The notes: a model not told the origin generated them from the letters alone. 32,000 bases of DNA from Candidatus Iainarchaeum sp. (GCA_028710695.1 JAQTTP010000002.1:60001-92000), one strand, 5' to 3'. Positions 13,828 to 21,458 are shown, counted from the stretch's first letter. Numbers and translations: made by a program.

Positions 13828-14601
13828 TCACCTTGAAAAAAGCCTTTTTAACCAAGCAAAGAATCCTCCGCCTTGCTTTTTAATATCTATTTCTATACCT
13901 AAGATCTTTCCGGCAACAACATATACTGCCTTTGATGCTTCAGCATCGGGATTACGTAAAATTACCGGCTGTATCTTCTTATAATAGAATGTTTTTCTTA
14001 CCTCTTCATCATATGGCACTACACCATATAGTGGGAGCTCAAGCATACTGATAATATCTCTTTCAGGAATTTCTCCCTTTAATCCAGCATACATATTAAT
14101 TATCAACCCAACTGGCTTTGCATTTATTCTTTGTGCCGCAATTTTTGTTTTCAAAGCATCAGCTATTGATAAAGAATGTGGGTTCACAACCAAAAACACC
14201 TCTGTTGAGGATGCCATTGCTGCCAAGGTATCTTCCCCTATTCCCGCAGGACAATCTAATAATACAAAATCGTATTTTGGTGCTACTTGTTTTATTATTC
14301 CAGGCAATTTAGTTAAATCCAATCTCTGAGTATCTTGCAATCCTAATGACGCAGGCATTATACTTACTTTTTCTGGGCCGTCATAAACAACATCCCAAAC
14401 CCCTGCATCGCCTTTAAGTACATCATTCAAAGTTATTGGGCTTGTTTCCATTCCTAAAATTAAACTTAGGTTAGCCATTGCCAGGTCAGTATCAACCATT
14501 AGCACTTTCTTTCCTTGCCTTGCTAATGCAATACCCAAATTAGCAACTATTGTTGTTTTTCCAACACCACCTTTTCCAGAAGCAAACGCAATAATTCTCA
14601 T
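13828..14601 (-). CDS. minD: MinD/ParA-family ATPase with C-terminal amphipathic membrane-targeting helix
   Basis: Deviant Walker A SGKGGVGKTT, then MVDTDL and FVLLDCPAG. C-terminus is GGGFFAWLKRLFSR. The track start (14613) is a TTG. ATG at 14601 gives the typical MRIIAFASGKGG N-terminus and has GGTGAT 4 nt upstream. Confidence 0.88.
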   Translation of the reverse strand: MRIIAFASGKGGVGKTTIVANLGIALARQGKKVLMVDTDLAMANLSLILGMETSPITLNDVLKGDAGVWDVVYDGPEKVSIMPASLGLQDTQRLDLTKLPGIIKQVAPKYDFVLLDCPAGIGEDTLAAMASSTEVFLVVNPHSLSIADALKTKIAAQRINAKPVGLIINMYAGLKGEIPERDIISMLELPLYGVVPYDEEVRKTFYYKKIQPVILRNPDAEASKAVYVVAGKILGIEIDIKKQGGGFFAWLKRLFSR

Positions 14602-14616
14602 CAATATCACCAAAAA

Positions 14617-15087
14617 TCAAACTTTTACAAAAGACATTATTTTTCTATACTCTTCAAGAAAAATATTCTTTCCATGCACTGCAATATCTTTAGCCACCGC
14701 ATTTAATTCAAATTCGCACAGCCTTGTATCACTTTTTATCATATATACAAATTCATCTTTTTCAAACATGCTTACCCAGCTTCCAACATTAAAATAAAGA
14801 ACTTTATTTTCTCTTTTAAAACTGGAAAACATTTCGTAAAGCTTGTTTGCTAATTCTAATATGTCTGGAGATGAAGAGTAGATCAAACTGTTTTCTTTAA
14901 AAACAACAACGCCCTCTATCAGATGTTTATGCAAAAGACTATCTACAAATTCTCCAAAAGTGTTTTTTAAAATTTCTGGAACTGAGTATTCTTTAGAAAT
15001 ATCTTTGATGTAGCCAATTTGTTCTGCGGGCAATTCTGTGTCATCAATCCCCAGCAGTTTAAATGCTAATTTTGAAAATAGCCCCAT
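14617..15087 (-). CDS. Hypothetical small protein; N-terminal amphipathic peptide plus possible Roadblock/LC7-like fold
   Basis: Its ATG directly abuts the stop of the upstream gene (TAG-ATG). The N-terminus is MGLFSKLAFKLLG. The segment order (FGEFVDSLLHKH / IEGVVVFKEN / SLIYSS / PDILELANKLYEMFSSF / VLYFNVGS / WVSMFEKDEFVYMIKS) fits an alpha-beta-beta-alpha-beta-beta layout. The fold assignment is by eye only. Confidence 0.6.
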   Translation of the reverse strand: MGLFSKLAFKLLGIDDTELPAEQIGYIKDISKEYSVPEILKNTFGEFVDSLLHKHLIEGVVVFKENSLIYSSSPDILELANKLYEMFSSFKRENKVLYFNVGSWVSMFEKDEFVYMIKSDTRLCEFELNAVAKDIAVHGKNIFLEEYRKIMSFVKV

Positions 15088-15576
15088 CTATATCCCTATA
15101 TTTCCCAATCCAATCTCTTTTAGCAGACCGTATTTGTCCTTACCAACCGAAGACTTATCTATATATTTCTCTACTAAAGAAGCTTTATATTCCTTTACGT
15201 AATTATCGAATAATTTCTGATTATTCTGCGATTTGAATAGGATCTTATCATTAAAGGTAACTATTAGCTCCATCTGCTCAGAGGTAAGTTTGAATACATC
15301 AAAACACCCAAATTTTGATGCAAATGAATTAAAAAACAAAGTTGCACTTTCGTCACCATAAACAGATTTATCAAAAGACAAAAAAGAATGCACAGATCCA
15401 ATAACATTTCCAAGTTTAAAGAATATTGCCCCATCTTCAAACCCAAAGCCATTATTATTTGTTACAGAAATATATCCACTAAATTTTTTATTTTCCAAGT
15501 CACTTATTACTTTTCTAACATCGACTTTTGCAACTGAAATATTTTCTGCAACTCTTTCGCCTGTAGGAATATTCAT
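15088..15576 (-). CDS. Hypothetical small protein, DUF4388/DUF2226 (PATAN-like) pattern
   Basis: VDVRKVISDLENKKFSGYISVTNNNGFGFEDGAIFFKLGNVIGSV...YGDESATLFFNSFASKFGCFDVF follows the 'L..l...k.tG.l.v....g.i.f..G.iv.a...G.eA....l....G.F.f' pattern of that family. AGGTG SD upstream. Family assignment by eye. Confidence 0.6.
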   Translation of the reverse strand: MNIPTGERVAENISVAKVDVRKVISDLENKKFSGYISVTNNNGFGFEDGAIFFKLGNVIGSVHSFLSFDKSVYGDESATLFFNSFASKFGCFDVFKLTSEQMELIVTFNDKILFKSQNNQKLFDNYVKEYKASLVEKYIDKSSVGKDKYGLLKEIGLGNIGI

Positions 15577-15590
15577 AAAATCACACCTAA

Positions 15591-16049
15591 CTATCTTCTT
15601 TCTTTATCTAATATAATAACATAATCCGCAGAATTCTTTAATGCTGCACCAGAAGATTCATCAACTAAAATTACAGCAACATCTTTTCCATGCTGTTTTG
15701 CTTTAACAATTACTGGCAAAAAGTCTGAATCTCTTGTTACTAAACAAATCATATCAATATGCTGATTGAAAACTGTTTCAGTTGCTTCAACAGCCATTAT
15801 TACATCAATATCAGAAACACAAACAGAAACTTCAAAGCCCTGATTTATTACTGCTTCAACTAATTTTCCTGGTGCAAATTGGTTCAAATAAACTTTTCCA
15901 ATTTTCATAGTTCCCATTTTATTTATTAGCCCTTTTATTTTTCCTAAATCCAAACTAAATTCTTTTCTCAACATGTTTGGACCATCAATAAAAACAGCAA
16001 TATTTTTTGCGGTTTTTTTCTTCAACCTACTCAAAACACTCTCAAACAT
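15591..16049 (-). CDS. NYN/LabA-like (PIN-fold) domain protein, putative ribonuclease
   Basis: IAVFIDGPNM, then VSDIDVIMAVEA, then LVTRDSDFLPVIVKAKQHGKDVAVI, then ADYVIIL. This is the acidic-residue pattern of LabA-like NYN domains. AAGGTG SD upstream, 23 nt after the 890-aa gene. Confidence 0.8.
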   Translation of the reverse strand: MFESVLSRLKKKTAKNIAVFIDGPNMLRKEFSLDLGKIKGLINKMGTMKIGKVYLNQFAPGKLVEAVINQGFEVSVCVSDIDVIMAVEATETVFNQHIDMICLVTRDSDFLPVIVKAKQHGKDVAVILVDESSGAALKNSADYVIILDKERR

Positions 16050-16072
16050 AGCAACACCTTTTTAATTTAATT

Positions 16073-18745
16073 TTACTCCACTTTATGTCCATAATAACTA
16101 TCAAATAAAGCAACTTGGCTTGAAACTTCATCCTTAAACATATACTCTTTTCTTAACAAAGTATCAATGTTTTCAATCTTTATATTTTTCCAAATTGTTC
16201 CTATTAAAGATCTCAAACTTTCCATACTTATTCTTGGATCCAAAATATGTTCTTGCTCAACTTCATGCTCCATCAAATTAATATCTGACAATGAAGATAA
16301 TAATTTTGTTTTTGGATTCTGCGGAACATCCATTGATTTTATTACGAAATAAACATTTCTTCTTCCCCTTTTTTCTTTTCTTACTAAACCCGCACCAATA
16401 AATCTATCCATCATATTCTTCAATTTGATTTCACCAAAATTGCTTACTTCTCCAAGATATTCTACATCAAAACCCTTATTCTGTGGAAGTTTCAACAACA
16501 ATCTTAAATCATCTGCATCAAATGCTTTAATTTCATTTAAACCTTTTGAATATACAAAAGCATTATCCATATCATGTACAAACTCTATTTTCACAGGATC
16601 AACATAGCACAAGTTTGTAACAAATCCGCCATCATCACTATAAACTTTATAGTCTACTTTTAATATTGGCCTATAAACTGTACTAACAACATAATTATTC
16701 CAAGATAAACTTCTTTTTGCAATCCCATCAATCTGTTCTTTATTGTATTTTTCTTCCATTACTGGATATTTTACTTTTTCTCTATATTCTTCTTGCTCTT
16801 CATCTTTTTCTATGTAAATATATTCATCTTCTAATTGTGCACCTTTGTCAACTAACTTTGCCAAAAATTTATCAAAAGAAATTTCTGCTTTGTATTTCAT
16901 ATTCAAAATTTTCAAAAGAGTTTTTACAGAATGCAAATCTAAAGAGCCATACCTGTCTAACTTACTCAAACCAATTTCGCCCATGATGTCCAATAATTCT
17001 GATTCCTTGTAATGATATTTAACTTCTGCAGTCTGTGTTTCTCTACCCTCGTGCTGTGACATTCTCGGCCTTACTTTCAATACAAACGCCCTAGAAGTTG
17101 TTTCAACTCTATCTGCAACTAATGGAACACCAACCTCTAATCTCTTTATGAAACTTGGCTTTCTGAATTCTGCAGGCACAATTGTTGGAATTCTTCTATA
17201 TACTGCTTTAATATCATCATCAAATACAAGCTTGTATGAAATCAAAGTTCCAACTTGTGACAAAACCCTTGTATCAATTGCTGATGGTTGCTGTGTTGCA
17301 AATATTAAAGAACATCCAGGCCTTCTTCCTTGCTTAACATATTCTATCAATGCTTTTGATGCTGGAGTTTCAAGGGTTCCGGATGGTATTAGTGTGTGCG
17401 CTTCATCAATAAACAACCAAGTTGGAGGAACATCCATTTCTAAATTATCAACTTTGTTATTTTCTTCTTCGCTGAACTTTTTAACTGCTTGATTTCTTGT
17501 TGCAATTTTTCTTGCTGCTAAAATCCTTCTTGCTAAAACACCAACTAAAAGTGCTGAAACTGTTTCATCCAAAAAACTAACATCAATTATTGTTAATTGC
17601 CCTGGAACAGAAATCTCCATTAAAGGAGTACCATTCTTTGCAAATACACCCCAAGATTTTGCTGCTTCAAATCTTGAAACCAATGCTCTCAGAGAATCTC
17701 TTTTATAACCCTTGTCTTTTGAGTTTATTTCTGCGTCATCTCTTAAACAATTTATTATATCATCAATATCAAAATTACTTCCTTTTCCTTTTACAATTAA
17801 ACTATCCATTGTTCTATACCCATCTTTAATTTTTGTTAATGATTTTTCTAACAATAATCCTAATGGACTAAATCTGTCTAATCCAAATGTTAAAGCCCAA
17901 TCTTCTGCAGTCAAGAAAGATGGCTGAATTGTAAAAATTGCATCATATGTTTCTTTTGGAGTTTTTGACTTTGCCCCTTCTGGGATAAATACAAACACAT
18001 TATCTAATCCTTTTGGCTCTAAGCCCCACTCTCTTAGTTGCTTAACTTCACTATCTTGCCTATTTGGGTATTTCATACTCCAAAAAACACCAACAGGATC
18101 TATTACTACCATCCCAACATTCTGGTTCTTCAGGGCCAGCTCTTCTGCTATTACTCCCAAAACATAGGACTTTCCAGATCCCCTTGAACCACATACAAAC
18201 ATTACTTGTGGATCCAAAGAATCAAAGTATACTTCTTTTGCCTCTTCTCCAGTTTCATAAACTTTTCCTAAAAATAATGCCGCTTCTTCCCCGTATTTCT
18301 CAAACACAGACTTCTTTCTTCCAACCATTGCATGGCCAGTCAAAGGGTTTTCTAAAAAAGACAAAGGTATATTTCCTGGAGCATTCAAAAAAGTAGAATT
18401 ATTCTCTATAACATCGCTTTCTTCTGTTTCTATTTCACTAGGCTCGTCTGCAAGCACAATAGGCTCTTCAGGCAATACAACAGTTTCATTGTTCTCTGTA
18501 CCAATCTCTTCTTCTTTTGGGTCTTCAACTTTCACTTTCTTTGCTCTTGTTCTCTTTGGTTTACTTATAGGAGCCAAAGTAGATCCTGTTTCGCCTACAT
18601 TGATTTGGTTTGTCTCATTTTGTTTGCTTTCTGTTTGACTTACTTCTGACTCTTCTTTTTTGTCACCATTGGAGTAAACAACTGTTTTGCCTTCTTCCTT
18701 GTTGTTTGTTCCGTCCATATCATCAAAGAGATCAAATAAGCCCAT
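16073..18745 (-). CDS. Large HerA/FtsK-superfamily ATPase with disordered N-tail and ~330-aa C-terminal extension containing a winged-helix-like segment
   Basis: Residues 1-~130 are low complexity: MGLFDLFDDM, acidic stretches, and the basic patch KPKRTRAKKVKV. Core motifs: Walker A FVCGSRGSGKSY, Walker B WLFIDEAHT, LIFATQQP. C-extension includes LLLKLPQNKGFDVEYLGEVSNFGEIKLKNMMDRFIGAGLVRKEKRGRRNVYFV (wHTH-like). A TTTTATATA box and GGTG lie upstream. Confidence 0.82.
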   Translation of the reverse strand: MGLFDLFDDMDGTNNKEEGKTVVYSNGDKKEESEVSQTESKQNETNQINVGETGSTLAPISKPKRTRAKKVKVEDPKEEEIGTENNETVVLPEEPIVLADEPSEIETEESDVIENNSTFLNAPGNIPLSFLENPLTGHAMVGRKKSVFEKYGEEAALFLGKVYETGEEAKEVYFDSLDPQVMFVCGSRGSGKSYVLGVIAEELALKNQNVGMVVIDPVGVFWSMKYPNRQDSEVKQLREWGLEPKGLDNVFVFIPEGAKSKTPKETYDAIFTIQPSFLTAEDWALTFGLDRFSPLGLLLEKSLTKIKDGYRTMDSLIVKGKGSNFDIDDIINCLRDDAEINSKDKGYKRDSLRALVSRFEAAKSWGVFAKNGTPLMEISVPGQLTIIDVSFLDETVSALLVGVLARRILAARKIATRNQAVKKFSEEENNKVDNLEMDVPPTWLFIDEAHTLIPSGTLETPASKALIEYVKQGRRPGCSLIFATQQPSAIDTRVLSQVGTLISYKLVFDDDIKAVYRRIPTIVPAEFRKPSFIKRLEVGVPLVADRVETTSRAFVLKVRPRMSQHEGRETQTAEVKYHYKESELLDIMGEIGLSKLDRYGSLDLHSVKTLLKILNMKYKAEISFDKFLAKLVDKGAQLEDEYIYIEKDEEQEEYREKVKYPVMEEKYNKEQIDGIAKRSLSWNNYVVSTVYRPILKVDYKVYSDDGGFVTNLCYVDPVKIEFVHDMDNAFVYSKGLNEIKAFDADDLRLLLKLPQNKGFDVEYLGEVSNFGEIKLKNMMDRFIGAGLVRKEKRGRRNVYFVIKSMDVPQNPKTKLLSSLSDINLMEHEVEQEHILDPRISMESLRSLIGTIWKNIKIENIDTLLRKEYMFKDEVSSQVALFDSYYGHKVE

Positions 18746-18913
18746 ATCTACACACCGATGTTTAATTATACGTTATATAAAAGGAAAAAAGATATATAAA
18801 TATAGCTAGCCTTTTACAAAAGGCACAGTCTGCCAAAAGTGGGCCCATCTTCGCCTTATGGCTCGATAGCCCTTATCATTGAAATTTATTGCAAAAATCT
18901 AGAAAAAGACAAA

Positions 18914-19246
18914 TTAAAGTAATTTGCTTCCATTTTCTGCTTTCTTATCTGGTACTGCCAATACAACCCCTTTATCAGTGTAGAACCCAGTAGTCAAGAC
19001 CTCAGACATAAATTTACCTATCTGCTTAGGGGGAAAATTAGTTACACATACAACTTGCTTTCCTATAAGCTCTTCCTTCTTATACAAAGACACAATTTGT
19101 GCACTTGATACCTTTATCCCAACCTCTTTTCCAAAATCTATTTTCAGTTTATAGGCCGGCTTCTTTGCTTCAGGGTAATCTTCAACACTTACAATAGTTC
19201 CAACCCTCAAATCTACTTTCTCAAAATCATCCCAAGTTATTGTCAT
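18914..19246 (-). CDS. csaA: CsaA-type tRNA-binding (OB-fold, Trbp111/EMAPII-like) protein
   Basis: FEKVDLRVGTIVSVEDYPEAKKPAYKLKIDFGKEVGIKVSSAQIV...GKQVVCVTNFPPKQIGKFMSEVL is nearly collinear with B. subtilis CsaA as I recall it. I prefer the ATG at 19246, which forms an ATGA overlap with the upstream stop, over the track start at 19273. Confidence 0.88.
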   Translation of the reverse strand: MTITWDDFEKVDLRVGTIVSVEDYPEAKKPAYKLKIDFGKEVGIKVSSAQIVSLYKKEELIGKQVVCVTNFPPKQIGKFMSEVLTTGFYTDKGVVLAVPDKKAENGSKLL

Positions 19247-20211
19247 ACTAATCCCAAATTCCTTTTGAACCAATAAACTCTTTTATGCCTGCCATCAAAA
19301 ACAGTTATTCCATAAGAGGCATCTGCACCAACAAATACAATAGGTACAATATATGGACCAATAACCTTTCCACCATCAAACAAAGGATTCGTAACATCCA
19401 AAATATGCCACATATCATCTATTTTTATTAAATTAAAAGAATGTGGCCCGTTCGAGGTCTCTGTACCACCATTTTCTTCTGTGTGCTCAAATCTAAATTC
19501 TCCCGCAACATACCTTGATTCCACACCAATTTTTTGTAAAAGAACTTGTGCAAGCATAGAAAGCTCTGAACACATCCCTACTTTCTCTTGCACAAATCTT
19601 GACAAATTTTGTGGGCTGTCAGAGCCAGGATCGTAAGTTTCATCTGCAATCCTTTGTCTTCGGGACTCACTTTGCTCGAAAACAGAATACAAATAATGGG
19701 CAATTAAGGCAATATCTGTTTTTTGTGATTTTGGAAGATGAGGAGCCGAGCCAGAATATTTTGTTATATACTCTTCAACTTCAAAAAATAATTTTCTTAT
19801 TTCTGGGTTATCTAAATCAAGTTTAGTAGCATGCCCAAAAGGAGAAATCGGCAGAACATCTCCTTCTTTTAATTCTTTTACAATTCCACCCCTAAATATT
19901 CCCACGGCATCCGCACCATGGCTTTCTGCAGCAACATATTTGTCCATAAATTTTGCAGCTCTAAAGTTTTTTATTGCGCCTTTAGCAAGCAAGATTTTTT
20001 CTTTATACAAAGGATCTGTCTTGATTTTTTTGACTGCCTCTTTTATTTTTTCAGAATTAGATAATTCTCCTTCTTTTAAATCAAACAAAGATTCTAAAAC
20101 CACTCTACTATGTTCTCTTCTTCCATGTTGAGTTTCAGGAGTTAGTTTATGTTCCATTGCTAAATGACCAATTCTTTTTCTTACTTCCGGACGCAAATTT
20201 CTAAATGGCAT
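19243..20211 (-). CDS. Transglutaminase-like (papain-fold Cys-His-Asp) domain protein, cytoplasmic
   Basis: The C-terminal half has GMCSELSMLAQVLLQKIGVESRYVAGE (Cys motif), GPHSFNLIKIDDMWHILDVTNP (His and Asp motifs). No signal peptide. GTGAT box in the 11-nt gap after hisS. Confidence 0.55.
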   Translation of the reverse strand: MPFRNLRPEVRKRIGHLAMEHKLTPETQHGRREHSRVVLESLFDLKEGELSNSEKIKEAVKKIKTDPLYKEKILLAKGAIKNFRAAKFMDKYVAAESHGADAVGIFRGGIVKELKEGDVLPISPFGHATKLDLDNPEIRKLFFEVEEYITKYSGSAPHLPKSQKTDIALIAHYLYSVFEQSESRRQRIADETYDPGSDSPQNLSRFVQEKVGMCSELSMLAQVLLQKIGVESRYVAGEFRFEHTEENGGTETSNGPHSFNLIKIDDMWHILDVTNPLFDGGKVIGPYIVPIVFVGADASYGITVFDGRHKRVYWFKRNLGLV

Positions 20212-20222
20212 AGCACAATCAC

Positions 20223-21458
20223 TTATAATTTTTCTTTGCTTTCTTTTCCAGTTTCTAAATCTTTAATTGTGTATTGTTTATTTTCTAAATCTTTGTCTCC
20301 AAGAATTATTATTTTCTTTGCACCAATATAATTTGCATATTCAAATTGCTTTGATAATCCTTGAACTTCTAAAGCTAATTCTACTGTTCCTTTTTTTCTA
20401 TATTCCTGCGCAATTTTTACTGCTTTTTCATATGCGGCCTCACTTAAAGGAGCAATATAATACTCTACATTTTTTTTGTATTTTTCAAAAATCTTTTTTT
20501 CTTCCAAAAACAAAATCAAACCTGGAACTCCAGATCCAAATCCAATTGCAGGAATTTTTTCTTTTACAAAAGTGGAAATCAGATCTTCATATGCTCCGCC
20601 GCCTTCAATTGCTCTTCCGCCAGAAGTTGTAAAAGTTTCAAACACTACATCCGTGTAGTAATCCAACCCTCTAACAATTATTGGATCAAATTTCGCAGAT
20701 TTAACACTATATAATTTCAGGTAATCAAACATTTCTTCCAAATCTTTTTTTGCTTTTTCGCCAATAGCATCTAATTTTTTAAAATCTTTTAGAGTTGCTG
20801 TTTTTAAAAAATATATTTTTTCTATTTGTTCTTTTTTTAATCCAATTTCTTTTAAACATTTTTCAAATTCTGCTCTTGGTACTTTTTCAATTCCATCTAT
20901 CTCTTTCATTATTTCTTTTTTGTTTTTTATTTCAATAGAATCTAAAAAAGAATCCAATAGTTTTCTTGAATTTATTCTTATTACAAAGTCTTTGTCTTTT
21001 AATCCCAAAGAAATTAAAAAGTCATAATACAATGCAATTGTTTCTGCTGCGACTTTTGGGTTATATTTTCCAATTACATCATAGTTCAATTGGAAGAATT
21101 CTCTATCTCTTGCTTTTTGTGGCTGCTCGTATCTATAGCACCTTGGCATAGAAAACCATTTTATTGGTTTTTTCAATTCTTTATTTTTCTTAGCAACCAT
21201 TCTTGCTAGAGACGGAGTCATTTCAGGCCTCAATGCCAATTGCCTATCAGATTTATCTTTAAAAGTATACATTTGCTCAGGAAGTTCTCCACCTGATTTC
21301 TCAAGCCAAAGCTCAGCAGATTCAATTATTGGGGCTTCATACTCTTCAGCACCGTATTTTCTACAGGTTTCCTTCCACTTATCAAAGATATAGTTTACTT
21401 TACTCATAAGTTCAGGATAATAATCATTCATTCCCTTTAAAGGCTCTAGAGATACCAT
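20223..21458 (-). CDS. hisS: Histidyl-tRNA synthetase
   Basis: Class II HisRS motifs: LRPEMTPSLARMV, CYRYEQPQKARDREFFQLNYDVIG, GGGAYEDL. C-terminal anticodon-binding domain present. GGTGGT SD upstream. Confidence 0.88.
   Translation of the reverse strand: MVSLEPLKGMNDYYPELMSKVNYIFDKWKETCRKYGAEEYEAPIIESAELWLEKSGGELPEQMYTFKDKSDRQLALRPEMTPSLARMVAKKNKELKKPIKWFSMPRCYRYEQPQKARDREFFQLNYDVIGKYNPKVAAETIALYYDFLISLGLKDKDFVIRINSRKLLDSFLDSIEIKNKKEIMKEIDGIEKVPRAEFEKCLKEIGLKKEQIEKIYFLKTATLKDFKKLDAIGEKAKKDLEEMFDYLKLYSVKSAKFDPIIVRGLDYYTDVVFETFTTSGGRAIEGGGAYEDLISTFVKEKIPAIGFGSGVPGLILFLEEKKIFEKYKKNVEYYIAPLSEAAYEKAVKIAQEYRKKGTVELALEVQGLSKQFEYANYIGAKKIIILGDKDLENKQYTIKDLETGKESKEKL

Noticed and set aside
12116-18745. 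Reading the HerA/NYN/MinD cluster as part of a plasmid, virus or conjugative island
   Set aside because: No integrase, transposase, tRNA or att-like repeat, or capsid or replication gene is visible. The composition matches the surrounding housekeeping genes, and the cluster is flanked by gpt and csaA/hisS. A chromosomal system is more likely, although a defence role is not excluded.
18805-18875. Reading the GC-rich island as a tRNA or tRNA fragment
   Set aside because: No 7-bp acceptor stem, no GTTCRANYC T-loop, and no D-arm consensus on either strand. Kept only as a low-confidence structured element.
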